From assembly GCF_964355755.1 (NCBI RefSeq), contig NC_092670.1, positions 13,750,795 through 13,814,794 on the forward strand: a DNA stretch of 64,000 nt, given 5' to 3'. Below the pieces are notes generated by a model. It searched no databases and was not told where the DNA came from. It saw only the letters and a program-made list of their open reading frames with translations. This DNA is from Antedon mediterranea. Taxonomy: Eukaryota; Animalia; Echinodermata. A program made the translations under genes and the position numbers. Below, piece after piece: positions 28,993-44,600 of the stretch. Each line of letters opens with the position of its first letter. The first letter of the stretch is position 1.

Positions 28993-31900
28993 GTGAGTTT
29001 TATATTTTGGTTTTTCTTACTATTCTTTCGCTGAGGCAAGTATAACAGTATGTCTGAGATTTTATGTTTGAAACTGGGATTCGAATCTTGTCCGTATTTT
29101 GTTTATAGCAATTCGCAATTTGTGATTCAAACATTTTCCGTAACAATAGCCGATGATTGCTAAACCCGTAAATGTCGTATACCAGACAACTACATGATTT
29201 ATACTATTGACATATTTTGTAATGGCGTATAGAACTTTTAAGTTGGTCTCGACTGTATTCTAAGTATCACGTGACATTCTGCTAAATTGTTTCACGAATC
29301 ACAACGGATTCACTTTCATTTCATTTGTTTTATTTTTATTTTTAGTTTGTAATTTAATTTCTTATCCGTTGTTTGGTACTTCTCTGTAGAGAATCCTTGC
29401 CATTATTGATGTAAAATGTGTTAGGTCTACTGTACATTCACTATATTATGTCTTATGATAGGAAAAGAAATTTTAATCTAATCATAATAAAAGGCTGTCA
29501 TCTATGTAAAAGCAATATATAATTGCATAAGTTGGCGCCGAAGTAGTTATTAACATTACGCGCATGTCTAGAGAACATGACAAACCTTGATTAAATTATC
29601 TTATAGGCCTATTTGGTGATCAAATTATCAAGTGGGTACGTACGTCAAATATTAAAAATGTGTAAGGCGTTATTATATTTTATTTTGAATGTTGACAATT
29701 TAGCCCCTTTTTTGTAAACAACCTCTTCTATTAATTTCTGACAATCAATACATACTAATGATATATTAATATCTATACTTATCGATTGTCAGAAATTAAT
29801 AGTAGAGGCTGTTTAGCAGAATAATCAATATTATCAAGATTTGTCATCAATCAACATTGTGTAGACCTAAACTGCATTCTAACAATAGATCACTTGTTTA
29901 GCCGCTGAAAGTTTCAAATAAAACAATTGATGTTTAAAGCGCGATTAAAAAGTAATGTTTACATTTAAAAGACTTTAGTTCTATACCATTCAATATATTT
30001 AAAGGGTAGACTATTGTAATATTTGTAACACTTTATTTGCGAATGCGCCTTAATTAAAGTTAGTATGTCGACACGGAACTGAAATAAACCGTGTCGACAT
30101 ATTCATGGTACCGGTGAGCGTTCCGAGCAACTGAACGCAACTCTCAACGGAAAATACGATAAACACGTAGTTGAGTTGAGTTGTGTTATGTCCGCTGTGG
30201 ACATACTGTAATCTTGCCTTACACATAGGCTACTCATTTTCTATTACAATTTGTAAAACTTCAGTTGTAAAAAGATTATGAATGAATGAATAAAAAACAC
30301 ACAAATCGATTAATTTATTTTTAAACCAGGTAATAATATTATTCTCAGCAACCGGAAAGCATATTGCAATCACGTATTTATAGATTTAATAGAGAAGAAC
30401 ATTCATTCACAATTCAATTCTACGAATTCAATTCAAGGAACGTGTATTTTGCCATAAACACCATCAAATAGTTTGTCTCAACCGTCGCGTTTGCAAACAC
30501 ATGAACAGTTCAAACATAGTTTACAACTAAATATGAGACTAGGAAATGGAATGTAACATAACGGAAATAGTTTGTTTCACGACATCATACAAACAAACCC
30601 ATCGATAGACATGACTTGTGTACATTACGGTCGGTCTTCTTCGGTATGAAACAAAGTACATGAAAAACGCGTAAGTAGGAGTTGTAGGCCCAACGCCAGA
30701 ATGTTTACAAGGAGTTTTTTTTTTCCTAAAAAGGGGAAATGCGAGAAAAAGTAAGTTATGTGAACCAGCAGAGGATTTATGGCTTATTGGCTTTGGTAAG
30801 CTCGGCCATCAAGACTACTTTATACAGCGCTATGGTGCTGATTTGAAGTGACGACGAAAGCAATAAAATGTTAGCAAACCAACTAGAAGTAATGTCAACC
30901 AAATCGTTATAGTCATCCCCACCACCACTACCAGCACCGTCATAGTTGATGTACTATAACCAAATTATTTTCCAATTCCTCTTCTTTGAAGCTATCGACC
31001 AGTTCAACGTTCAATATATGTCATCTCTCTAACTGTTGTCTTCCTCGTCTAAATGTTGTTGTTATATTTAGTTACGTCACCTAGTGCCAGATATCAATTG
31101 CTATGTGTCCTACTATCTCCTTTATTAAGCTTATTTTCATTATTCTTTCTTTTATTATTCTTTTCTCAATTGATTAATGAATTCAAATATAGGTCTATGT
31201 TTGATATCAACATGACTCCCAATTAATAAATTATAGCTAATCGGAATAAGAATTACACTTTAATATACGAATGTTCGACAACTTTTTTTTTTTACAAAAC
31301 AGTTTTAAAGAAAGTTCCAATAAAATAACATACAGTAGGCCTAAAGTATATAAAAAATAAATGCTATTAAATATTACGTTACACATCTTTGCGATCATTT
31401 GATTGAATGTGGTGTGTAAAGAAACCTTCAGAATAATAAGTTTGTAGAAAATAATCAGCTCATGTTTAAATTGAATGCAGAACTGTAAAGACGCCTCAGC
31501 CTGTATTACCTCCGATATAGCTGGTTAAATGCAATAAGATTAATGTTTAAGAGCAGAACATTCCTAGTAGTGGGTGTGTGGGGGGATGGGTGAGTGTGGG
31601 GGGACTTATGTATCATGATGACGTTGGTAACAGAGGGATAATGACTTACAAATGACATTTCATGATGGATCCTGTTGATTATGGAGGTGACATAATATTG
31701 TTAGGAGCATTAATATCAGGACTCTTCTGTAATGTTTGTTAATCAAGGTAACAACGTCAGCAAAATCTGGAGATATATCTACACCTGTAGAATGTTAAAT
31801 GATGAATTATCCTAATAAATATGTAAATAAGACGATGACAAATCCCTTGAATGCTGTCCATTCTACTGTATGCATACTAATGATTCAATTTTGTTCATTG

Positions 31901-34900
31901 TCTCCAACGGTGTTGATAAAGACATCATACATGCAATTATTCCTATGGAGAGCATAATCGTGTAAATAATAAATGTCATTATGATCACTTTATATACTGT
32001 AATTTTTTGTCTTTTTTCTGTAAGATTATGCTATATTAATGATGATAATATTACAGTAGGCCTACTGTATTTATATATTAGGATCCGAAATTGCACTAGG
32101 ATGTTCGGCCGATGATAATATTAAATGTATAATTATCATTTTGTACGGGTCTGTAACTCTTCTTGTTGGCTTTACAACCATATCCAATATTAATCAATAT
32201 CTCGGCGTCGGTATACAAACAACATATCATAACAGATCAATTAATAGAATCTACGATTCGTTATGTGGAAATATGACCTGTGTGTCACAATTACTAACAG
32301 ATATATGATAGCGGATACAAAAGCACGAAACAAACAATATTGTTAAAGTGCATCATACACTTGACAAGACACATAATACCCTTTTCACTAAACTCTTCCT
32401 TTGATGTTGTTCAACATGTTCTATTGATTCATTTTCATTTAAGTTGACACACATTGTATTGTGCGAGTATTGATTGGAAATATTGTACTACTATCTTGTT
32501 TGTATCCTGCAGTATGCCAGTTACAGTTAAGTGCAAAACTTTAAATGCACCATTACGTTTAGTTTGATTCAAGTGATTCGAGAATATGTAAATTTATGCA
32601 AATGTATGTATATATTATTATGGGGGGTTTTAAGTATTTTCAATTGTCAACTGAGCTATAATGTAAATGTTATGTAATGTAAAATTGATGTAGAATCTCT
32701 CTGCACCCAACCCACTAGATTGTCAATTTACCTGTAATTCGCCTTATTTATTATTAGAATCAACCTTATATTACATTACATTATATTAAATTATTTGTTA
32801 TTTAAAACTGAACTCCTCGAATTAATAGAATAATAACCTGTATGATAAGCAAAGCAAATAAAATAGTTACAAAACAGTGGATTCGCACTGTACATTTTTC
32901 CAAATAAAAAAAAAACAACACATTATTGATAAACATTATCTGTGACTACACTTTATGAACCAGGAATTCTGAGACTTAATTAGAGACCTATATTCTTTAG
33001 ATATTTCAAATTAAGAAAGACTATAACCTTCAAACGAAATAACCATCGTTACCCCGTACCGGTGTGCCTCGTACCGGTGTACCCCGTACCGGTGTACCCC
33101 GTACCGTAGGCTACAATGCCACGTTAAACCATTCCCTCCAAGATACGCATGTTCATGTTTTATTATTGTGCACATAAATACATAATTTGGTATTCAATAC
33201 ATTTTCAGCTACTTAAGTAATAAATCAGGACTGTTGTATATTGAATTGGACGATTGGTGACTTTCATTCATGTGCATTGTGATAATGATTGCAATATGAT
33301 GAATAATAATAGTTTGGAAAATCATTTTATAATTGCTTCATGTCTATTAAATGCTTTCTTTTCTATTGAAAAAAAATGCGGATGATTGATAAAAAGACAA
33401 CCACGACAACTTTTGAATTTCCAATCTCTGAAATTAAAGTAAATTGCATTGAATTCTTCAATTAGCCACCACTTTAATCATCGTGCGAATGCTTTGTCCT
33501 TGTGTGACTATTTTTGTTTAAAGGGTTCAATGTCAATAAAATGAATGAATACATGGACATTGGGAGTGATATTTTTAGTATGTTTTATGATAAACTATGT
33601 GAACAAGATTATTTATAACTCGTATTTCTTATGGAAATGGCTATTTACTGGGGTAATTTACACGAGAAAGGTGACATTACATGGACATAATAACCGTAAA
33701 GAAAGTGCTCAGGTTTTTCTCTTCAATCTTTTAAATTAACATCGTCGTGAAAGGTTGTTCATATCCTGGGGTATATTTATTTTTTTTAATCATGTTAATA
33801 CAAAATCATAAGTAAAATAATACTTTATATTAACGTAATTAGGCATGAAGTATTAGGCCTATATGTGTTGTGTAACGTCTATTATCAGTTATAGTTTAAT
33901 CATTTTTCTTGGTTTATCACTACGTATACATACAATGCTTTTTATTTAAGAATGTGTTACAACAGAAATTAAATGACGCCATAATACCTTTTTGCTTCCC
34001 GCGTGAAATTTAATCTTCAGAAGATTTTCTCTTAAAATCCGATAGAGGGCGCCCAGTTTATGAATTATGCTTTATAAAGACAATTCTTTTGCTGAATAGT
34101 TTATTTTAATAGAGGTTAGTTAGAGTGTTTTCTAGGGTCTATTATTTAGGGAATACAGATGTATATAGCAATCTATCAGATGTTTAATAACCGTGTCCTG
34201 TTAGGGGGAAATCACACCTACTGTATAACGGTTTTTTTTTTTCATAAACAATAATGATGTGTAGGCATGCCTTATAAAGAATAGTCTGAAATACAATAAA
34301 TAAATATATCGTTTAATTTCATAGAAATCTTGTGTGCCGCTTATGATGATGGGAACTTATTTTGGGAGTCTGGACCACCAGGAACTTACTCACAACCATG
34401 TCCAGAAAATTTATTCAAAGACTTTCCGGATACAGGTTAGTTTAGTAGATTATTATACTAATGATTTAATATTGCTTTGCCATAGTACAATTACAATAAT
34501 TAAACTAGATTTGAACTCGTCACTACGGACGAGTTAGGTTATCCGCAGAGCAAAAGCCACGTTCACGTCATACGTTAGAATATTGCGCAGAGAAAAACAT
34601 TATGCCATTGAAAAAATGTTAGTGCGCTCTCTATTTTACGTCACGTCTAAGTATACACAGTATACACTATATATTGTATACGTACTACATACAGTGAAGA
34701 ATATGTGAAAATAAGTGGCCCAAGTTATTGACGCTTTTGGACATGATGACGTCATCACAATTTTAAAAACGGTATATCATGCGAAAGATAATTGATTGAC
34801 ATAGACAATATAAAAAAATGGGGGGAAATGGAATTGGGATAAGTGAAGATGCCCTCTATTAAATGTGATGAGCTATGACGAAAGAGACAAAAATCCTATA

Positions 34901-35649
34901 TTTTATATTTGAGTGGCCATACGATGACGTCACTATGTCCTGTTAGCCATATCGATGCATGATTCGATATCTACAACTCATCAACTTCCAGAATGTGTAA
35001 TTTAAAAGAAGTTCACCTCGTAGTTTACAATCTATGACTGTTTTAAAAAAGGCATAATTTTGACGAATTTTTCTACTTTTTCTTCAAAAACGCGCGCAAA
35101 TTGTTCAATTCTACGTGCTCGTATGACGTGATTTTAAGTCGAAATTGATTGAAAATTGGTAAATTTACTAGAAAAAGCTGAAAAAACAAAAATCAAGCAA
35201 AAAAAACATGTTTTTGCGCTATGTGCGCACGCGCGCGTAAAAAAAATGCGCACGCGTGGGAATTTTTGAAATGCTCAAAATGCCCTGAAACGCGTAGAAA
35301 GTTGATTAGAAATGGATATTTCGCAATTTGAAATTTTAAACGCGCGTGCGCGCGTAACTTTATGTCAAACATGCCATTTTTAATCCATAGAAAGTTTGCC
35401 CTTGATATGACTTAAATGTTCACCAAGTGTCATTACAAAATGATTTTTGGTTTTTAGTCTATGTTAAATACGCGAAATTCATAAAATCGCGCGTAGCTTA
35501 CGCTGCGCGACTCTAAAGAAAAAAAACGAGCTGTCCTGCACTTCTACAGATAGAGGTAAATCTTCTGACAAAGTTATACGATGTAATGTTGATCAGAATT
35601 TGAGATACACGTGACACAAAATTTTGGGAAAGAAAGAAGAATAACATAG

Positions 35650-35686
<37 letters not shown>

Positions 35687-38600
35687 TCCTGACAATAACA
35701 AGGGGTTATCCGCCAAGTGCGGATAACCAAATATGGGCAAAAATAAAAATTTAGCATTACAATTAACAACATTTAACATAACCCTTTAAACTAAGATGCT
35801 TGTTTGCGAAGGGGTCCTCCTAGTCTGAATTCCAGACGGAGTTTTGTCTTAATATTAGTAAAAAGATAAATATTTTTTGGCACATATGGCGTTTCATGCG
35901 TATACTACTTGAGCTTGGATACTCCTTACAAAATCGAAATAAATACAAATAAATTTAAAAAAAGACAACAAATACAGACTTGGGGCAGGTCTAGTCTAGG
36001 GTCCTCCATGCCAAACGTCTTCCTACAATTGTGAGGAAAATGATATATATGCCTCAGTGTACTTTATTAAAATTGTACACATGTTTTGTCAATGTAAATG
36101 ACAATAATGTAATGTGGTAATATCTTATATCTGATAACGATAGTGACAATGTATGCATTACAATGACAGTCTACTGTTCCTATTGATAAAAAAAGTATTG
36201 TTTGTGGCAACTGACAATGATAAAATATTATGTTTTTAATGATAATTTATAATATTGACAATGGTAATAATATATAACATGTTGCTGATAAATGGTTAAT
36301 AATATGAACGTGATAAAAATTGTAAACATTATTGCTAAAAAAAAAGTATTAAAAATGATGATAATAGATAATTATTACAGTATAGTATAGTAATATTATA
36401 TATTTTACATAGAGATATAGACTTGCCCCCAAGTCTGTAGTTAATGTTTTTCATTATTTTTGTCCACCATTTGACGTTACGACTTTTGTCTAAAAAAAAA
36501 ACCCCAAGTATTACGTTAAGAAATACAACGCCATGCGCCAAAACAATTGATTTGTTAAATAGTATTGGAAACACGTCAGTCTAGAACCTACTGAGAGAGC
36601 CTACAGCATGATTCGTATTTAAACGTATGAAAAGATGAACGAAAATTAAATTCATGATTTGTATGTAGATACTGCAGTAATTGTTTCTTAATCCTGCTGT
36701 ATTAAATCAGAAACCATTTTGTGAATTCGCTATGTGGATCACGTTTAAAACTAGTAGCCTGTTATAACGTTCAATGGTTTTTATTTATTTTTTTGGTTGA
36801 ATCATTTGATGTATTTTTAGTTTTAAAACATCGATTATTTTCTGGTGAGTTACATGTCCCCGGGGTAGAGAAAGCAATTGCAGTATTAAACGAACTGTAA
36901 TTCAATTGTAGCTTACTAGAAAACGAGGTCCTGTGACTATGTTTGTGGACTAATCTTATACCGTAACCAATGAAATTCCGTAGGTAATTGAACAATCTCA
37001 ATGCAGTAATGATGCCTTCATTATCTAAAACCAATAAGAAAATGTGTGGGAATTTAATTTATTTAATTGTTAATTTTCAAATCAAGGTAATTTAGTGGGT
37101 GATTGAACTGTATAATTAGTTCATTCCGTTAGTGATATTATTAACGTACTTTTCCGCGAGCGCGTTCAAACGCTAAAATGTCTTCTTTTTTTTTGGCTAT
37201 ACGCGTGTGTCTCCATTTTAAAAGTGTCATTGTGTTTTCTTTGAGAATTAGTTTACAACATTTCTTTGGTTATTTTAACCGATAATTAAAGTATATTTAT
37301 GATTGTTTTTGCACGTATCGTTGTTTTGCTGCTCACTAAAAGCATACTAAGTACCACCTAGATCCTCTAATTCATTATCATCGTATCAGAGAAAAACAAT
37401 AATAGTGATGCTGCTGCAGTCAGTGCATGCAAAACCTGTCCTACTTTTTTTTTAAATCCTCAGCAAATATGAAAAATTAAAACTAATAAATCAAACTTTG
37501 AGTATGTCTTTTTGTGTAGTTTTAATTAAATTCATAATTTCCGTAAGAAAACAAACAATAATGCAAGACAAAATAAACGGTTAAATTCAACTAAAAACCT
37601 ATTTGATGGCAGCCAATTTGACTATTGTTATTACAGTTTTTAGTCGCGTGGGCAAATGCGACTCTACATCTCACTATGCCGGTGGTCGGTTGGTCGGTCG
37701 GTCGGTTAGTAAACACTAAATCAAATTTGCGCACGCGACTGCAGTCATGTATATGGCATTGTTCCAGATAAATGATTTTTTTTTTCAATCCAATTGTTGA
37801 TAAAAGTGAACAACTATACTATGTGATTGTGACATTAAAATGGTATTTAAAAATAAATAAAACATAACAAATAAACCATCATGATAGCTTCACCACCTGG
37901 TTATTGAGGCATATAGAGCAAAACATTTACTAGTAGGCCTATAGTTTCAATGGTTGTCATTTGATTGTACGAATTTCAACGTTTCTTAAAGAGCGACTGT
38001 TCAAACCAAGTTGACTGTTCGAACTCGGCGACTCTCAGTTGACTGTTCGAAGACGATTGACTGTTCGAACCCAGTTGCAATTTCAACAGTTTTTTTGCTG
38101 GAATCCTTGCTGTTAAAACAGAGATTAATTTATTGAGGAGGAAAAAAAAGAAACATTAACACTCGTGTAATGCCTTTTTTTAAATCAAAAATAATGTTAT
38201 TAATCTACACGTGTCTTGACAGTAGGAATCCTATAAAACTAAAAATGTCGACCGGATAACCTTAACTTATATACAGTATTCAATTAAAATTACCAATATC
38301 ATCCTGACGCATGCGCGGTTACATAAGAAATTCAATAATAGTAATGACATACTGAAAAAACATACATAATTTATCGTAGTTTACGGTTACATAATTTTGT
38401 ATTCCGTCGAAGACATGGTTTGTTATTTCTAAGTAATGTAAGCTATTTTTTGTTTGTTTTATTTTTTAGTTCAAATGAGTATCGATATTGAGTCAATGAG
38501 TTGATTATTTTATTTACCGTTTTACTTTATTTTAATTAATTGTTCAAGTTCTGTTCCGTTCTGCTTGACTTTTTCTATAAACTATACAATCTGTTCAATG

Positions 38601-41600
38601 GCCTCAGTTGCCCAAATAGACGTGCCTATAAGCGTCGCCTGTACATTTTTTCACCGGGCAGTACAATACTTACCTAATCATAGAATTCAGCTAGGTAAAA
38701 GGGGTATCTCCATGTTTACTGTAAAACGGTATCAGAAGTACTGTATCCATTATGCTTTTCTTTTTTGTTTATTGTTTAGTGAGGGCTACTCGAACGTGCC
38801 TGGACACTGGTGATTGGTACCCATATGGTGAAAATGGCACCGAGAATGGGAAAACCAATTATGATGACTGCATCGACTTGTATTTTGAACGACAAGAGTC
38901 ACTGGTAAGAGTGTAGTGTTTACCATGGAATAATCTCTACGATTAGTTTTGTTTCTGTAAATGGCGTGTCATCTATTCGGTGTTTGTAGATGACATGAAC
39001 AAGTTTAAAATGAGTTTGTGCCAATGAATATAATGGCTGTGACCTCCATGTTATTGAATGGTGTATGGAATCATGTTAGTATCTTTTTTATTGAGTATTT
39101 TTATTAAATTTGATATGCAAAAAAATAGGATATAAAAACATAATTCGTTTGGTACCATTCAGCAAAGACCACAGTACGCCAATTTCAAGATAGAAATTGT
39201 GTATGTGTTATTCCTCACCAGACATAGTTAAGAGGAAGAGGATATGGAAAGAAGCATGGCAGACAAAGTAGTAAACAATGCCAGACTATAAATATTAAGA
39301 CTGTGACTGGAATTTATGTTATAGATAACATAATGAAAATTGATTTCAACGCAAAACACAAAAATGTACAATCTTGTTTTCAATTTAATACTTTTTTTTT
39401 AAAGGTTAAACACTTCCAAATAATAAAAACATTGCAGAAGATCGGATGGTCGCTGTCGTTAACAGCTTTAATATTAGGAATCATCATATTTGTTTATTTT
39501 AAGTAAGTAACGATACTTTGCAAGTTTGTCATGTTGTACAAGGTTAGAAATTATGTAAATAACATGAATTCCGTACAGAAATATCACTGTATTGTGTTTT
39601 TAGCAGGTTAGTTGTGACCAGGTTTCATAATCACTTACACAAGTAAGGCATACTTACGTCATAATTCCGCATAAAAATGATTATAACCAGCTACAAAATA
39701 AAACATTCAAAATTAAATTGAAACAAGTCAACACATGCTCTCCAGAGATATCATTTAATTATTATTCAATCCGGTTGAATATGAATAATATAGCTCTTTT
39801 CGATTTTACTTTTTTAGTGTTTAGTTGTTGTTAAATGTTGGGGCTAATTGTTGTTTATATCTTGTGTTTCTTTTCAGAAAATTACGTGTAGCAAGAAACT
39901 ATATACATATTAACTTATTTTTATCGTTTATATTACATCATGTAAGCATTTTGATAACCAACAAGTTAGTTGTTTCGACAGATACTCAGGCAGAAGTGGT
40001 GAGTATTAGCTTGAAATATTGCTGCAGTAGACAATAAATAAAAGGTGTACTTATATTATATTAACTTTATTTATTCACGAGACTGATGTATACAGTACAA
40101 CTCGTTCAATCAACATTGATTGTTGTATATATTTTTACACAAGTTTGTGATATTACGAAATAGTGATAGTTAATGCAACATTATATAAATACAACCAAAT
40201 GTGCAAACGGAACATGAGTAATGAGCATTTTTACGGTATGCGTAAGCATGTATGCGTAAGCATGTATGCGTAAGCATGTATGCGTAAGTTGGATGCGCAC
40301 GCCTAAATGCGGAAATCGGATATGTGAATCGGTATGCGTAAGCCGGTACGCGTAATCCGCCGATATTCGGTACTCGTGCCTGTATGCGTAGCTAAATACT
40401 TATTCTACTAAACTAAAAAAAAATTCGGTATGTGAACACATGCCATCCAGTCCGATGGTTACTTTTACAGTTCGGTTTGGTTTTCAAGATTCCTTCATCA
40501 TAATTCCATTATGAATGCATTGTTATTTTTAGAATTTAACTTGATTTATTACCTAATTTTCTCGTTTAATTTCTCATTCGATGACTTCTCTTAAGTTACA
40601 AATTACCATTGGAAATTACCACACTTTAAAAAAAAATGGAATCTAGAAGACAGAAAAAAATCAAAATACAGTGCTATAATTATTCAAAATGTACACAGTT
40701 TACCCAAGAGTGTCCGAGAAAAGACACGAGCTTCAATCTTCCGAATGACATTGTCACAATAAATCAATTTATTACAACAAACACTGTTAAAATTGATGCA
40801 TCGTGGGGGTATAAAGGTAATTCAATTGTAAGTACATTCTCATGGGGTATAGACAGGAAATTTAGTAACATTGGTTGAATTAAATGATTGAATGAACTTA
40901 TTTTGAGATTGCTTTTTATTCATTTTGGTTTATAATATATCCTTTCGAGTTTGATTATTGTATTTCCTCTCACACAAAACACAATGAACTTAACAATGTG
41001 AACCAAATTTAAATATAAGTGGGTTGACAACGACCAACATGAGTAGGACAACAAGCATGGTCACCGGTTAAACTAATCATATGAATAGTTTAACAGATGA
41101 TGACGTCATCCAAATAAAAATAATGATGAAAACACTAACAAAAGATAATTGCCTCAGCAAGAACATATTAATAGGAAGAAAACTCGGGAAAACTAAAGAT
41201 GTGCTCAGTAGAAAGTTAAATATTCCGGAATACTGCTCGGTATCAAAACAGCAATTTAATGTCTTTTGAAACCAAGGAAACAGTATTGAAATCGCTTCCT
41301 CCTCAACTACCCCGATACTTATGTAGCTTGTTAGTTTAGTTTATATAAAATATTAATTAATTTAATATCAATAATCTTCCTAGTTAACAATAGTTAATTC
41401 CATATTAGTATGAATGCTATGAAATAATTAAATTTGTTTAGACCGGTTCCAATCGATTCGTTTTGTTCAGTTGATTTCACTTCAACAAGCCTGGCCATGA
41501 ACTTTTAGCATGCAGTCCGTATTGGCAGGAGTTTGTAGAAATTGATTTCCAAATTAAGACCCATCCCTTCTGATATTCGCCCAGGAACTGAAGTACCTGG

Positions 41601-44600
41601 TACTATTGTATAATGAAACAATTTTCACACAATTGGCGTCTAATACATTACAATATAAATGTATCGTCTGCGTCCCTTCGAGCACTGGAGTCATAATAGA
41701 AGTACCCGGAGTCTCATGAAACAATGTTTGTTATTGCAAATAGTTCGATCGTATGATACGAACATCTTTGAGAATATCTATTAATAATTTAAATAACAAA
41801 ACATGAACCGACGCACTGGTGAGAAAAACAGAAAAAAACAATAGATATCTGTAATGAGCACAATATTATCATACAATGCGAAACAATTAAAACGTTAGTT
41901 TTATGGTAAACAACATTTTAAGCGGCTTACGTAACTATCATTTAATGTAAATGCTATCAAAGTTTATTTGACAAAAAAAATTGATTTGACCATATGGACA
42001 TGATTGTTGACAAACTAGTTTGATAGCTTAATACATCTAATTCAATGAACTGATAAATCGCCATATTTTGATTAAATACGAAGGAACTATTAATACTAGT
42101 TATTATGTCTATAATATGCTTGTATTTTTACCCATAAACGTACCATTTACGTGTTCAACTGTTGTTGCACTACTGTAATACTATTAATACCATCACGGAC
42201 GCATAGCGCACTTAACCGGATTTCTCCAATCAGATCGATTATTGGCCAAAGTGTGCACTATTATAGACTTTTATTATTATACTTTTTTTATATCAAATTC
42301 CATTCAATACACACGTTGTTATTACAGACTGCTTTGTGCAAGACGCTTTCTGTCATTAGCCACTTTGCAATTTTGGCCAACTACCATTGGCTTCTCATGG
42401 AAGGTGTGTATCTTTACTCACTTCTCTCTGTGGCTGTTTTATCAGAACGATCAAGACTTGGATGCTATATAGGAGTTGGCTGGGGTGAGTAAGATAATGT
42501 TAAAATTGTATGATACTGATAAGAATAAGAATGACAAATTAAGATGGTTATAATTATGTTAATTCTGACTTACTGATAACAATGATGATGGTGGTGGTGG
42601 TGTGAGATAGTTGTGATGATGCGTATTTAGACAAGTTCTATATCCTCTGAAATATGGTGTAAGAAGCATTTTTGGGTAGAAGCTGGGATCCACTTGATTT
42701 AGGATATTTCGACCTCGCTGATTACGAATATGGCGGATCCCAAGCGAAATTCGGTCATCTAAGCCCTTAATTTGCATAATTAAAAATGGCGGCCATTTTT
42801 TATAATTACCCTATATCTCGAGAACCACTAGTCACAGATAATTAATTTTGGTCTCAAAATGTTTTAAATATATGTTTTTATATTCACTTTAATGACACAT
42901 TTTCTCAAAAAATGGATGCAAGTCTTATTTCTGACATTTTGACCTTTGACCTTGATTTATCGTATCTCAGTAACCAATAATCGGAGAGACACGAAATAGG
43001 GCTCAAATTGTTCAGAAACTATACATTCATATTTATTATAATGAAATGTTTTTACAAAAAATGGCCGATTCTACAACTATTGACCTTTGAACTATTAGTC
43101 AAATATGATAATATAACTTTGAAAATTGTGGTCTTTTGAATTTTTTTTTCTTTTTAAATTGTTTAAAACATGTGTGTTTCTATCCAGTCTAATGGCACAT
43201 TTTGTACAAGAATGGCCGATAGTATGGTTATTGACCTTTAAACTATAGCATAGGCCTACTGTATACTAAATATAATATAATTGCATAACTATGAAATTAT
43301 TTATACACAATAATAATTAGTAAAATTATAAAATTCACTGCCATCAAATATTATGTGTTATGATTTATATAGATTTAAAAAAAATTTGAACACGCAAGTT
43401 ACATTTGTTGAAATTTGAAATTTGAAATTACCTGCCATCAATATGATGGAGTATGATTATAGATTTTTTTAAATGTGAACATGTCAGCTACATTTGAAAA
43501 TTACCTGCCATCAATATGATGGATTATGATTATAGATTTAAAAAAGAATTTGAACACATCAGCTACATTTGGAAATTTGGAAATTACCTGCCATCAATAT
43601 GATGGATTATGATTGTATAGTAGGCCTACCTGCCATCAATATGATGGATTATGATTATAGATTTAAAAAAGAATTTGAACACGTACTAAGCTACATTTGA
43701 AAATTACCTGCCATCAATATGATGGATTATGATTGTATAGATTTAAAAGAAAATGTGAACACATAAGCTACATTTGGAATGAACATGTTAAGGGCATCAG
43801 TTTAAGATCATTCATGCAAAGGTTTCCGTCATCTTTAGCGTTGTTACAGCGGCATAAAGCTGTACATGGTAGTTTTGACTTCTTGCACCTACATCTATTG
43901 GTTATGCATCGTGTCTTGCATCCACAATAAATCATCTCTAACGAAGCAGTAGGAATAGCTTCATTTTTCATAAGCACTGGTTGAAGTTTACCATTAGATA
44001 GCTCCCACCCAAAATCTGTTGGTGATGGCAAAATGCTGGATACAGCTTTTTTCCAGACGAGTGCTTGGAAGTGTGCTCTTTTTATATGTTGGTGCACTGC
44101 ATCGCTTGTTGGAGGTAATGCCTCTGGTTTTGTTTTTTTTTAACATGGCATGCCTAACTTAAAACTGTCGATAAAGGGCACCACTAGACAAAGATGAACC
44201 AAAACACAGAGACCAATTCGTCGAATTATAAAAAGTGGTGAAATACCGCTGTCAAATTGCTGGTCAAACTTTTTGGCATTACAAGATAATAAAGCAGATC
44301 TGGCACGATTTCTATCAGAGGAGTTGATTCGTCAAGCTCCTATAGACAAAGAAATTGTCACAGCTGGTGGATTTATGAAAGAATCAGTTGTTAAATCATC
44401 AAAAGTCTACACGAATACGTTGTCTCTGGTCGCAGATCATGAAGAATCGGACACGAGACTTGTCATGCTGCCAATGTCCGATACGACACAGTTGTAGTTG
44501 CTTCTAGGGATACAGACGTACTAGTGATTCTAGTGTCTCACTACCAAAGAATGGTATCCAAATGGATGATGACAGGGACATCCAAAAAAAAGAAAGTATC

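Noticed and set aside
35820-36595. Weak inverted similarity (AGACTTGGGGCAGGTCTA / TAGACTTGCCCCCAAGTCT)
   Set aside because: Too diverged to define ends or a TSD; probably old repeat relics.
43335-43780. Regular ~60-bp repeats resembling a repeat-spacer array
   Set aside because: Whole units are homologous; an ordinary tandem repeat inside a transposon arm.
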